Assembly: GCA_036679645.1 (NCBI GenBank)
Contig: JAZDCY010000014.1
Coordinates: forward strand, 96,001 to 160,000
DNA: 64,000 nt
DNA from: Gemmatimonadota bacterium
Lineage (GTDB): Bacteria > Gemmatimonadota > Gemmatimonadetes > Gemmatimonadales > GWC2-71-9
Direction: 5' to 3'
A program made the position numbers and the translations under genes. Of this stretch, positions 9,723 through 20,025 are shown in pieces. Below the pieces are notes generated by a model. That model was given only the letters and a program-made list of their open reading frames with translations, was not told the origin of the DNA and made no database searches. Positions within the stretch are counted from its first letter, which is position 1, and each line of letters begins with the position of its first letter.

Positions 9723-11375
9723 TCACTCACCGATCGGCTCTCCAAGCATCTCCCACCGAATGAGGGACACGGGAATCAGACCGGCCGCCGTGAACTCGTC
9801 GACGAACTGGCGCAGGGTGAAGCGGTCGCCCTGCTGGCGGGCGCGATCGGCGAGGAGCCGTTCGATCTGCATCTTGCCAATCAGGTAGCTGGTCCCGTAA
9901 CCCGGTTGCTGCAGGTACAGGTGCTGCTCGAACCAGACCGTGTTCGCGTCCTCACGCAGCCAGCCACGGGGCGTCTGCGCCACGGTAAAGCGCGCGGTCT
10001 GCTCGAGCGTCATCCGATTGGCGTGCATCATGAGGTCCCCCAGCGCGCGCGCCGCCCGCTGCGCAATGAGGATGTAGATGAGTTCGCGTCCACGGGGATG
10101 GCCGTCGAGGAAGCCCGCGTGCATCATCATCTCTTCCATCGCGGTCGCAAATCCCTCGGTGCGACTCACGAAGATGTTGTACAGCAGCGGGCCGCGGCGG
10201 ATCGGATCCGGATGCGGGTCGTGTTCCATGCGCGCCAGATCGATCCAGTGGAAGTCGTGGGTCCGCATCACGATCGGATCGCGATAGCTAACCTCGCTGA
10301 AAAACTCGCGGGGCTCCGGCGTGTACGCCCCTTCCTGCGCGATGAGCGCCGGCTCCATGTAGTCACGAACCGACAGCACACTCTGCTCCTGCAGGAACGC
10401 CGCGTACTCGTGGACGGCGGCCTCGAACCGGCGTCCCCATTCGGCGGGGTCATTGATCGACGCGAGCACCGGTAGTCCGCTATTCCGGCCCTCTTCCAGC
10501 GCGAGCGCCGCGCGCGAACGCGCCAGTTCGCGGCGCATCAACGTGACCTCTTCCTGCCAGGTGTACGGCACGAGCTGCACGTTGCGCAGGTACCAATCGT
10601 AGTTCTCGACTCCAACACCGGAGGGGCCCGTCTTGGACGACGCTTCGTGTTCCAGCCACTCGCGGAAGCGATCGGTCGCCTCACGGGCTCGGCGGACGTC
10701 TGCCACCAGCTCCGCCTTCCCTGCGACCCTCGCCGCCAGCCGTTCCAGGTCGCCCGACTGCTCGCGCATGCTGCGGATCCCCATGACCCAGAGATCCTTC
10801 GCGTTGCCGACCAGGTTCCCGCGGGCCTGCTCCAGCAGTTTGGGTACCGTCCGCAACGCCGCGCGCAGGTCGGTGGCGCGTTGAGTCGAGAGCGGGAACT
10901 CGTACTGCCATAGTTCGATCGACCCTCGCGCCTGGTGGCCTTCCCGGGCCGGCTGATCGCTCTGATACCAGAACACCGTGAGGTAGAACGCGGGATTCTG
11001 CGCCCACGGCCGCAACACCCGGTGATCGAAGTCGAGTCCGTTCATCTCCGCACGGATGAGGTGGAGATCCACCTGCTGGGCCGTTGTCCAGCCCGTGGTG
11101 TCGAATGCGGCAAGCCGGCGCTGGTATTCCGGCAGGCCCCGTTGTTGGGCGGCCATCGCGCTGGCGGTGTAGTCGGGAACGCCGTCGACCATTGCCGGTC
11201 GCTGGAAATCGCGCCACTGCTCGAACAGCGTAACGAGATCCTCGTCGCGCGAGGGCCGGGGGAGCGCCGCGGGCCGGTGCGCGGAGGTGAATACCGCGCC
11301 GGTAGAGATCACCGCGACCACGCCGAGCATTGCTCGGCGGGACGTGCGCGCGAGTGCGTTACGTTGTCGACGCAT
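9723..11375 (-). CDS. DUF885-like secreted protein
   Basis: N-terminal export signal; C-terminal EGFATAMEE...QPGYGTSYLIGKMQI...F.LRQF.D pattern. Confidence 0.7.
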   Translation of the reverse strand: MRRQRNALARTSRRAMLGVVAVISTGAVFTSAHRPAALPRPSRDEDLVTLFEQWRDFQRPAMVDGVPDYTASAMAAQQRGLPEYQRRLAAFDTTGWTTAQQVDLHLIRAEMNGLDFDHRVLRPWAQNPAFYLTVFWYQSDQPAREGHQARGSIELWQYEFPLSTQRATDLRAALRTVPKLLEQARGNLVGNAKDLWVMGIRSMREQSGDLERLAARVAGKAELVADVRRAREATDRFREWLEHEASSKTGPSGVGVENYDWYLRNVQLVPYTWQEEVTLMRRELARSRAALALEEGRNSGLPVLASINDPAEWGRRFEAAVHEYAAFLQEQSVLSVRDYMEPALIAQEGAYTPEPREFFSEVSYRDPIVMRTHDFHWIDLARMEHDPHPDPIRRGPLLYNIFVSRTEGFATAMEEMMMHAGFLDGHPRGRELIYILIAQRAARALGDLMMHANRMTLEQTARFTVAQTPRGWLREDANTVWFEQHLYLQQPGYGTSYLIGKMQIERLLADRARQQGDRFTLRQFVDEFTAAGLIPVSLIRWEMLGEPIGE

Positions 11376-11552
11376 GGCTCGCTCCGATAGGCGCCAGTCC
11401 GGTAAGGCGGTCGGGGTTCTCCCTCATGCCCGAGGAAGATGCGGTGCCGTGGCCCAAATCGCGAGAGAGGCCAGCCGTCTCGACGCCATGGCGGTGTCCG
11501 CACTGAGCACCGTACCTTGCGCCCTTTTCTGCCGTGGCGTAGTTACGTCAGC

Positions 11553-12386
11553 ATGCGAAGCTACATTCTCGTCCTCGCGATCACGGCCACCGCCGCTACC
11601 CGCGGCGTCGCACAGAACCCGCAATACGAAGTCTTCGCGCTCCGCTACGCGACCGTCCCCGACTTCCCTACGTCCGCTCTCGTGATTGGCGCCGACGCGG
11701 ACGAACGCATCGACATCGCGATGGTTTTCTGGCTGGTCCGAGGCGACGGCCACGTCATCCTATTCGACAGCGGATTCCACCGTGCGGCGTGGTTCGAGCG
11801 GTTCGACATCCACGACTACATGCGACCCGATTCCGTGCTGCGGCTCGCCGGGGTGGAGCCTGAAACGGTGACGGACATCATCGTGAGTCACGCGCACTGG
11901 GATCACATGGGCGGAATCGACCTGTTCCCCAACGCGGTCATCTGGATCCAGCGCGACGAGTTCGCATGGTACACCGGCCCGGCATGGCAGAACGGCGGGC
12001 GCGGCGGTGGCGCAGACCCCGGTGATCTCGTGGAGTTGGTACGGGGGAACACGCAGGGAAACGTGCGACTCATTGACGGCGACGACGTGGAGATTCTGCC
12101 CGGGATCCGTGTGTACACCGGCGCACGACACACGTACGCATCACAGTACGTCCGCGTCGCCGGCGGGGTGCCGGTGATCCTAGCGTCCGACAATGCGTAT
12201 CTCTATCGCAACCTCATGCAACATCGGCCCGGGGCCACCTTCGCCCGCGCCGACACGACAGCGAACCTGGAAGCTCAGACGCGGATGCTCAGGTTGGCAG
12301 GCGGGATCCAGCATGTAGTGCCGGGACACGACCCGGAACAGTTCCGGCGATTTCCAACCGAGGGGCGGGTGGCCCGCATCCGCTGA
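11553..12386 (+). CDS. Secreted MBL-fold hydrolase, N-acyl-homoserine lactonase-like
   Basis: Signal peptide; SHAHWDHMGG, RHT, ASDNAY and VPGHDP motifs. Confidence 0.85.
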   Translation: MRSYILVLAITATAATRGVAQNPQYEVFALRYATVPDFPTSALVIGADADERIDIAMVFWLVRGDGHVILFDSGFHRAAWFERFDIHDYMRPDSVLRLAGVEPETVTDIIVSHAHWDHMGGIDLFPNAVIWIQRDEFAWYTGPAWQNGGRGGGADPGDLVELVRGNTQGNVRLIDGDDVEILPGIRVYTGARHTYASQYVRVAGGVPVILASDNAYLYRNLMQHRPGATFARADTTANLEAQTRMLRLAGGIQHVVPGHDPEQFRRFPTEGRVARIR

Positions 12387-12502
12387 CCACTACCTGCTTG
12401 GCGAGCCCAGACCGGTTCGGCGTCTTGGTCAGCGTGCCATTCCCAGTCGATCCGCAAAGGCGCGGTACTCGGGGACCTGGCACGCGTGCCGCCCTTGCAC
12501 GA

Positions 12503-12901
12503 CTACCGGAGCAGCCGCTCGATGCCGGGAACTTCGTCGAACGCGGAGTCGAACGTCAGAATTCTCTGCACTCCATGCCGCTCCATGGCCGCGACATGAA
12601 TCGCATCCCGCGCGGAAAGACGCTCTCTCTCGAGCACAACTGTCTTGGCTCGTTCGACGTCGGTGCGCTCTACCGGGAACACCTCATCGACAATGCCGAG
12701 GACCGCGTCGAACGCTGGCTGAATGGCCTCCCGACGACCGATCGCGACATAACGATGCAGGAGCTCCTGAAGCACCTCCGCATCGGTCACGAGTCGCTCT
12801 CGCTCGACAATGGCGCGCTCGAGCGCGTGCTGCGCCGTGGTCTTGTTGGGATGTGCGGACCCGACGAGATACATCGGGATACTGGAATCGACAAAGATCA
12901 C
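12503..12901 (-). CDS. vapC: VapC-family PIN toxin (same subfamily as 336-740)
   Basis: [11 protein letters not shown]...[12 protein letters not shown]...SARDAIH...TFDSAFD. Confidence 0.92.
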   Translation of the reverse strand: MIFVDSSIPMYLVGSAHPNKTTAQHALERAIVERERLVTDAEVLQELLHRYVAIGRREAIQPAFDAVLGIVDEVFPVERTDVERAKTVVLERERLSARDAIHVAAMERHGVQRILTFDSAFDEVPGIERLLR

Positions 12902-13152
12902 AGCCGCTCTCTGGCGTAGCCCCGCTCGATGTCACCCAACATCTCATCGATCTCGCCCGTGGGATACTCGTGGCGTACCGCCTCGCGAACCACGTGGAGC
13001 TTCCGGTCTGTGGGGGCCACCGCCTGACGCCGGCGCGCCGCACGCAGAGCCTGGCGGACCCACTCCGCGACGGTCATGCGGTTGCGTCGCGCCACCTGCT
13101 TGATCTCGCGCAACTCGGCGTCGTCCATGACCACCTGGAGTCTCTTACTCAT
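12898..13152 (-). CDS. RHH antitoxin
   Basis: [36 protein letters not shown]; overlaps vapC. Confidence 0.85.
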   Translation of the reverse strand: MSKRLQVVMDDAELREIKQVARRNRMTVAEWVRQALRAARRRQAVAPTDRKLHVVREAVRHEYPTGEIDEMLGDIERGYARERL

Positions 13153-13187
13153 CGTATGAGTATAATTGACTCATATATTTGAGTCAA
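13146..13187 (-). promoter_or_regulatory. Near-consensus sigma70 promoter with two inverted-repeat operators for vapBC-3
   Basis: TTGACT, 17-nt spacer, TATACT, 6 nt, ATG; inverted repeats TTGACTCA-N6-TGAGTCAA (13166-13187) and TACTCAT-N3-ATGAGTA (13146-13162). Confidence 0.82.
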
Positions 13188-13241
13188 GCATGCCAGCCTC
13201 CCTCGGTTCCGGATGCGGGACGGTGCCGTTACTCATTGGGT

Positions 13242-13508
13242 ATGTCGCGAGCATTCGTCAACGAAGACGCCGAAGGACCCGAGCACATCTACACCCTGCC
13301 GGACCGCGACGACCCTGGTTTCGACGAGGCGGCCGCACGGACGCTCATCGAAGGGTGGAACCAGGGCGACACGCACGGAGCAGAGCGCGCAACCGGATAC
13401 AAGTGGGGCGAGCCGAAACTGCGCCCGCATGTCGAGAAAATCCTGGCGCATGCGCTGGACCGGAAGGACGAGCGCATCGAGCAGTTGGCACGGCGCTTCC
13501 TGCGCTGA
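13242..13508 (+). CDS. Small hypothetical protein
   Basis: 88-aa ORF beginning MSRAFVNED, with coding-like composition. Confidence 0.6.
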   Translation: MSRAFVNEDAEGPEHIYTLPDRDDPGFDEAAARTLIEGWNQGDTHGAERATGYKWGEPKLRPHVEKILAHALDRKDERIEQLARRFLR

Positions 13509-13541
13509 TGCCGGTGCCCCGCATAGCGGTGCGGACGCGTC

Positions 13542-13847
13542 ATGCCCGGTGAGTGGTATCTCTACCTGATACGAACGCGCGACGGCGCGCTCTATACCGG
13601 TATCGCGACCGACGTCGACCGCCGCGTGGCAGAACACGAGACCGGCGGTGTACGAGGGTCGAAGTACCTGCGCTCACGCGCGCCGCTCGCGCTCGTCTAT
13701 CACACCAAGATTGGCAGCCGCGCGCTCGCACTGCGGGCGGAAGCCCGTGTCAAGAAGCTGCCAAAGCGTCGGAAAGAGGAGATTGCCGCGGGGAGTCCGA
13801 GAGTGACGGAGTTGCTGGAGATGCTTGCCATCCAGGCGACGGCATGA
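13542..13847 (+). CDS. GIY-YIG nuclease family protein (UPF0213-like)
   Basis: WYLYLIRTRDGALYTGIATDVDRRVAEH...ALRAEARVKKL. Confidence 0.92.
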   Translation: MPGEWYLYLIRTRDGALYTGIATDVDRRVAEHETGGVRGSKYLRSRAPLALVYHTKIGSRALALRAEARVKKLPKRRKEEIAAGSPRVTELLEMLAIQATA

Positions 13848-13872
13848 CCGAGTGGGTGCGAGCGCAGTATCG

Positions 13873-14913
13873 CTACACGTTGAACCGCACGTGCATGATG
13901 TCGCCGTCGGACACGACGTAGTCCTTGCCCTCGACCTGAAGCCGCCCGGCTTCCTTGACGGCGTGCTCGGAGCCGTACTCCATGAAGAGGTCGAACGGCG
14001 TGATCTCCGCCCGAATGAACCCCCGCTCGAGATCGGAGTGGATACGCCCCGCGGCCGGTCGCGCGGTTGTACCGCGCCTGATGGGCCACGCGCGCACCTC
14101 GTCCTCACCCACCGTGAAGAACGAGATGAGATCCAGCAGCCCGTACGCCGTGCAGATGAACCGCGCCAAGGCGGACTCGTGCAGACCGAGGTCCTCGAGA
14201 AACGCCGCCTGGTCCTCCGCGTCCATACTCACAATCTCGGCCTCGACGCTGGCCGAGAGCACGAGTCCGGCAGCGCCCAACTCCGCAATTAGGGTGACGA
14301 GCGCCTCGGGCGACGGTACCGACGCCTCGTCCTCACGGCGATTCAGCACGACCAACAGCGGACGATCGGTCAACAATCCGTAGCCGCTGAGAAAACCGCG
14401 GTTTAGTTCCTCGGGTGTGAGAGACCGGATCGGCCGCTCCTGTTCCATGGTCGCCTTCATCTTCTCGAACGCCGCAATCTCCACGGCATCGGGCTTGTCC
14501 TTCTTGGCGCGATCGAGGCGGCGCTCGACGATCTCGAGATCTGCGAAGAGGCACTCCGTATGGAACGCCCCGAGATCGCCGAGCGGATCGGGGTCTCCCT
14601 CGAGCGCGGGATTGGGAAAATCCCGCAGCACGAAACAGAGCACGTCCTGATCTCGGATCTGCTGCAGGGCTTTGCGCGAGAGTCCCTTCTTCTCTGCTCC
14701 GTGCTCGCCGGGGATGTCACAGAACGTGATTTCGGCGTAGGTCGTCTTCTTGGGCGAGAAGATCTCGCTCAACGTATCGATGCGTTCGTCCGGCACCTTG
14801 ACCGTCCCGAGGCGCACCTCGCCACCGAACCCCACGGGCACGTCGAGACCCGTCATCGTATTGAAAACGGTCGTCTTGCCCGACCCCGCAAATCCCACCA
14901 ACCCAATTCTCAT
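13873..14913 (-). CDS. YchF-like P-loop ATPase (DUF933/TGS C-terminus), divergent
   Basis: GFAGSGKT, DIPG, NRRE; ISFFTVGEDEVRAW...GKDYVVSDGDIMHVRFNV. Confidence 0.85.
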   Translation of the reverse strand: MRIGLVGFAGSGKTTVFNTMTGLDVPVGFGGEVRLGTVKVPDERIDTLSEIFSPKKTTYAEITFCDIPGEHGAEKKGLSRKALQQIRDQDVLCFVLRDFPNPALEGDPDPLGDLGAFHTECLFADLEIVERRLDRAKKDKPDAVEIAAFEKMKATMEQERPIRSLTPEELNRGFLSGYGLLTDRPLLVVLNRREDEASVPSPEALVTLIAELGAAGLVLSASVEAEIVSMDAEDQAAFLEDLGLHESALARFICTAYGLLDLISFFTVGEDEVRAWPIRRGTTARPAAGRIHSDLERGFIRAEITPFDLFMEYGSEHAVKEAGRLQVEGKDYVVSDGDIMHVRFNV

Positions 14914-14932
14914 CCTGGTTCATCTCCCCACA

Positions 14933-15328
14933 TCAGTATGAGGCAGCCTCTATGTCCGTTCGGGCAAAGTCGTCGCCGGTGAACAACAACGCTTCGTCCG
15001 CGAGACGGGCGGTCGCATAGGCCAGACAGTCGCCAAAGTTCAACGCCGCGGCATGTCGCCCGCGTCCGTAACGTAGCCACGCATTCATCGCCGTTCCGTA
15101 ATGCGCATCGGTAAACGGCACGATGGCGATATCGCCCTCGAGCAACAGACGCCCAACAATGCCGCGCGCATCGTGGTCCAGTCGTGCGGACAACACAATA
15201 GTCGTCTCGACGAGCGACGGCGCTCCGACGCTGATCTCCCGCGGCTCAGCCGCGATGGCATTCAGCAGACGATCGTGCATCGGTTCGCGCAGCGCGATGG
15301 CAACGAGCGCGGACGAGTCCACGATCAT
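14933..15328 (-). CDS. vapC: VapC-family PIN toxin
   Basis: MIVDSSALVAI...LNFGDCLAYA...LLFTGDDFARTDI. Confidence 0.93.
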   Translation of the reverse strand: MIVDSSALVAIALREPMHDRLLNAIAAEPREISVGAPSLVETTIVLSARLDHDARGIVGRLLLEGDIAIVPFTDAHYGTAMNAWLRYGRGRHAAALNFGDCLAYATARLADEALLFTGDDFARTDIEAASY

Positions 15329-15642
15329 GCGCCGTGCGCACCGTAGCCGAGAATCGCGTCTTCTTCCTCGCGAGAGAGCACTTGTCCCAATTGATCCGTG
15401 GGCACCAGGGGCCAAACCTCTTGCTCCAGACAGCGCCGGAGCCGCTCGCCGCGATCGGCCAGCGGCGGTGCCGCCAGGTGCGCCTCACGAACCCTCGCCG
15501 CCCTGACAGCTCGTCCAACCGGAATCAGGAGCGCGACCGGAGTCCCCGCCTTGGCTATCGTTATCGTTGCCCCACGACGCACCCGTTCCAGGAGTCGGGA
15601 CAGATGTGTCTTCGCTTCGTGGATATTCACCATGTTGGACAT
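15325..15642 (-). CDS. Chimeric antitoxin: Phd/YefM N-terminus plus Rv0623-like VapB C-terminus
   Basis: VNIHEAKTHLSRLLERVRRGATITIAKAGTPVALLIP (Phd) followed by ...LSREEEDAILGYGAHGA. Confidence 0.75.
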   Translation of the reverse strand: MSNMVNIHEAKTHLSRLLERVRRGATITIAKAGTPVALLIPVGRAVRAARVREAHLAAPPLADRGERLRRCLEQEVWPLVPTDQLGQVLSREEEDAILGYGAHGA

Positions 15643-15728
15643 GCGCACCTCACTTGGTGCACACAAGTTAGTCTAGTTGCAGGACTAAGTCCATCTGTAG
15701 CCTCGCCCCGCCTCCACCTTGCCCTCTT

Positions 15729-18268
15729 CTAGTGTACCGGCGGCAGAAAGGGCCTCAGGTCCATCACTCGCACGTCGTCGCGACCGCGCAACCGGTCGAG
15801 CAACCAGTACTTGTGCCCCGCCCCGAACGTAATCAGCACGCGCTCGCCACGGTGATGTGTAATCGCTCGACCGATGAGCTGCAGATGTGCTTCGTTGATG
15901 TTCGTCCATCCACCCGGTCCGATGAGATCGTTCTGGTACTCGTCGTAGAGCGACAGCTCCTCGCACGTGCGTTCGTCGTACACACGGGAATGGATGTAGC
16001 GCGGATCTTCGTTAGCGGCTATCGGCTCGCCGTACCGGGCACGTACGCCGGCAAGACGACGGGCGTATGCATCGCGCTGCGCGGCGAACGCGGGCTCGGT
16101 GTTGAACTGCGCAATACGCGCCTGCCGCAGGTCCGACATCTCTTGCGTCCAGCCCGCACACGGGACGATCTCGAATCCCATCTGGACTGACAACTCGAGG
16201 ATCGCATCGACGTACTCGGGAAACCGGAGCACACGCGGGTCCTCGATCACGTTCCGTTCTGTGAAGTCGCTCCAGACCCGCTCCCAGCGATCGGGCGCGA
16301 TCTCCGCACAGACCACATCGGGCGCGAACGAACGAATGGTTTCCTTCACCTGCTCGATGCCCCACAACTCGCTAGCGGGATGCCGGCCATGGATCATCCC
16401 CATCACCGCTACCTCGGTCACCTCATCTTCGTTGTCCGCCGCGGACGGATTGACACGCCAGCGCTCGGGGATGGAGATGACCGTGAGTTCATGGCTCCCT
16501 TCCGATGACACCCAGAGTGTCTCGCCGGACGGATGCACACCCATCACAATGGGAATCTCACCCACCGGAATGCGCGCAACCACGCGCCGCTCCGGAAGTG
16601 CGATGACCGATACGTCGTGGCTCGCCGTGTTGTTGACGAAGGCGACCCGCCCATCTACGGATACGACCACCGAAAAGGGCGATTCGCCAATCCCATCGGT
16701 CAACGTACCGGTAACCAGATGCGACGCCGTATTAATGAAAGCAATCTCGTTCTCCCCACGCACCGCGACCGCGTACTCCATGTCACCCGGAAGGACCGCG
16801 CCTCCGCTTGGACGGTCGCCCACGGCAACCGTGTCGAGGATGCGCTGGTTCCACAGGTCTATGACCTCGACCGATCCGTCGTTGTAACTCGGGACGAACG
16901 CCAGTCGGCCATCGGACGTCGCGGCAGGTGGAAACGGACGATCGCCGGTCGCGTACGCGTGCTCGAGCGAGAAACTGCCGGGATCGAAGACCCACAGCCG
17001 ATCGATTTGCTCGACCGACACGAGATACCGGCCATCGGGAAGCGGTGCGAAGAGCGACGCGCCGGCGCCCGATCCGACCACACCCGTCTCTCGTCCGTCG
17101 GCAACGTCGTACCGCGCGATGCCATCGCCGCCAAACCGGGTAGCTGCCACCTCAGTTCCTCCGGGCAGCGGCAGGACACCCAACGGCGTGCCGGCGACGG
17201 CGAGCGCATCGATGACCGCCAGCGACTCGACGTCTATCAGCGTGACCGTATCCGAACCCGCCGCCGCGACATAGGCAATCGCACCGTCGTCGGAGAACGA
17301 TATCTGATGCGGATTCCTCCCCACGTCGAGCGTGGCAACCACGTGGAATCCCGCCAACTCGCCGCGCGGCGCGGGCTGGTTGGCGAACGCGCGCATCACA
17401 TCGCGTATGTTGCCCTCGAACGTCGCATTGAACTGCGGATACTGGGCAAAGTCCCGAAACTCGGGGAACCGCACGACCTCAGGGATACTCTCGGCCGAGA
17501 CACCGCGCGCCAGTGCCTCGTCGACCTGCGTCACGAGCGACCGCATGTAGTCACGAAAGCGTGTGAGATCACTCGGATCGCTGGGCCCGAAGTGTCCCGC
17601 AACGACAGCGACGGGATCCAACGCAACCAATCGATCGAGCACATCAGCCCAGATACGTGGATTCGCCTCGCCCATGAAGGGGCTCGCCTCGTGCATGAAC
17701 ACATCACCCGTAACCAGCACCCGTTCGTCCCGCGACCAGACGACCAGGTCACCGGACGTGTGCGCCGCCCCCGCCCCGGGGTGAAACACCTCGACGCTGT
17801 GCCCGCCGAGATCGAGGAGATGCCGTTCGGGCACGATCACATCCGCCAGGCGGACGCTACACGCCTCGAAGTCAGCCCGCTCACGCGCATCCGGCGCATT
17901 TGCTGCGAGCCCGGCGGCCGCCTGTGCCCCGCGTTCCGCAAGTGAGCGGCGCGTTCTGGGATGCGCGATGATCGCGATCTGGGGTTCTTCCACGCACGTG
18001 ATGCCCAGTGCATGGTCCGGATGCCAGTGCGTGAGCACGGCGTACCGCACTGGCTTGTCCGTCACCGTGGCAACCGCGGCAAGGAAATCGCGCGTGAAGC
18101 CGGGCGTGAGGCCCGGATCGACCACCAACGCCGCGGAGTCACCGACAAACGCTGGCTCTCTCGAGCGACAGCGGTGGGTCTGGCCGGACCAGGCACACCA
18201 ACCACGGCAATTGCCAACGCGGCGCCTGTCACGCGAGCGCGCAACGAGCCAGCGCCGTACCGCCGCAT
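15729..18268 (-). CDS. Three-domain protein (MBL-fold, YVTN beta-propeller, C-terminal unknown domain); signal peptide is out of frame near 18150
   Basis: THWHPDH, AHTSGD and AGHFG motifs; repeated beta-propeller blades; signal-like MRRYGAGSLRARVTGAALAIAVVG starting at 18268 in a different frame. Confidence 0.7.
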
Positions 18269-18273
18269 GGGTA

Positions 18274-19086
18274 TCAACCGAGCACCCGGCTCAGGAAGCT
18301 CTTGAGCCGGCCCCACGCATTCCGCGCGGGCTCCTCACGCAGCTCGCGATCCTGGCCCACGCGCAACCAGAAACCGTGATTCACCGCGTCGTAGACATGG
18401 ATGTCGTTGTCGATACCGATCGAGTCGAGCGCCGCCGCGAACCGCTCGACCTGGTCCGGCGGAATCCCCCGGTCCATCTCCGCGAACGTGCCGTAGACTG
18501 GGTGATCGAGACGTGCCAGCTCGGCGGGGTCTTCAACCAATGAGCCGTAGAAGATTGCCGTCGCGTCGTGGTGTGCCCCGCCGAGCGCGTAACTCAGGGC
18601 GATCCCACCCCCAAAGCACCAACCCATGACCCCGATCTTGCCGGTGACGTCAGCGCGGTCACGCAGTAGCCGTTGGGCCGCATCGAGGTTGCTGATGACC
18701 GCACCCATGTTCCCACGTGCTCCCTGCACCAGCGCCATGTTCTCGTCGCGATTCGCTCCCGTCTGTCCGCTGTAGAGATCGGCCGCGAGCGCGATGTATC
18801 CCTCGTCCGCGAACGCGTCCGCCACCTGGCGCACGCGATCGCCGAGCCCGTTCCACTCGTGAATGAGAATCAGCGCGGGGAACGGCCCGTCACCCTCGGG
18901 AACCGCGAGATACCCGCGGGTCGCGGTGTCTCCGTCCAGGTACATGACGGTCTCGCCGCGCGGAGGCGGCGCCGAGCCCAGGATGGCATCGGGAATGGAG
19001 GAGGTGACGGGTTCGTCCGCGGTCTCTTCGGCGGGCGCACAGGCAAGCGCGGCAGTCGCGAGTGCCAGAACAGCGTATCGATACAT
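18274..19086 (-). CDS. Dienelactone hydrolase-family lipoprotein
   Basis: Lipobox ALAC; IHEWNGL, GWCFGGG and NHGFW motifs. Confidence 0.92.
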   Translation of the reverse strand: MYRYAVLALATAALACAPAEETADEPVTSSIPDAILGSAPPPRGETVMYLDGDTATRGYLAVPEGDGPFPALILIHEWNGLGDRVRQVADAFADEGYIALAADLYSGQTGANRDENMALVQGARGNMGAVISNLDAAQRLLRDRADVTGKIGVMGWCFGGGIALSYALGGAHHDATAIFYGSLVEDPAELARLDHPVYGTFAEMDRGIPPDQVERFAAALDSIGIDNDIHVYDAVNHGFWLRVGQDRELREEPARNAWGRLKSFLSRVLG

Positions 19087-19260
19087 GGGCTCGTCTCCTT
19101 TGACGTCTGGTCGTCGATCGTCACCCCATAGCACGCCTGGGGTGGGAACAAAGATGTGCTCGCCTGGTGAGATACGCGAGCGGACCGGTCGGCGTTGAGG
19201 CCCGCTCGCAGCGCCGCGTCGGACGCTGTAACTTGTACCGTCCTCGCATGAGATCTGGCC

Positions 19261-20025
19261 GTGACACCAACCGCTAAGCAGGTTCTGCTGACCGCCCTGG
19301 TCGCGAGCTTCGCGATCCAGACGGCACTCGTCTACAGTGACGAGCGCGGCGAGCGGCTGACGGAGACGGCCATTCGCGGTCGGGAACTGTGGCACAAGAA
19401 CGCGTGTCAGGTCTGTCATCAGGTCTACGGCAACGGCGGCTTTCTGGGCCCCGACCTCACCAACGCCGCGAGCCGGGTCGATTCGATCCGGCTTGTTTCG
19501 CTACTGACCGCGGCAAGCGGGCAGATGCCCGCATTTCATTTCACGGATCAGGAGATCGCCGACCTGCGCGCGTATCTCGAAGCTCTGGATCGTCCCGATC
19601 TGGGACGCGGGCAGTTGCGTCTCGGGACGGCGGGAGCGGCACCGTGGCAACGGTTCACCGCTGTGATGGACGACGCGCTTCCCAAGGCCGACGCCGCCGT
19701 CCTGCGCGGTTGGGAGGTGTTGAGCAGGCGGCCCTGCACCGGATGTCATCTTCCGCTCGCCGCCGCGCCCGGCGGCGCTCCGGATCTCTCGCTCGCGGCG
19801 CGCGCGCTCTCGCCCAACGACCTTGCGGCGGTCCTTGCGGAGGGGAGACCGTCGAAAGGCATGCCACCACCAATACCCCCGCTCAACCCACAGGAACGCG
19901 ATGACCTCACGGCGCTCCTCATCTGGTTCGCGGAGCGACGCGACACGTTGGTAGCGTCGCTGCGCGCGCTCGAGGAGCAACGATCATTTCAGTGGCGTGC
20001 GATCCCGTGGTGGGAATACAGGTGA
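19261..20025 (+). CDS. Membrane-anchored NorC-like c-type cytochrome with a second CxxCH domain (diheme)
   Basis: N-terminal TM helix; RGRELW...CQVCHQVYGNGGFLGPDLT...QMPAF; second domain CTGCH...GMPP. Confidence 0.82.
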   Translation: MTPTAKQVLLTALVASFAIQTALVYSDERGERLTETAIRGRELWHKNACQVCHQVYGNGGFLGPDLTNAASRVDSIRLVSLLTAASGQMPAFHFTDQEIADLRAYLEALDRPDLGRGQLRLGTAGAAPWQRFTAVMDDALPKADAAVLRGWEVLSRRPCTGCHLPLAAAPGGAPDLSLAARALSPNDLAAVLAEGRPSKGMPPPIPPLNPQERDDLTALLIWFAERRDTLVASLRALEEQRSFQWRAIPWWEYR

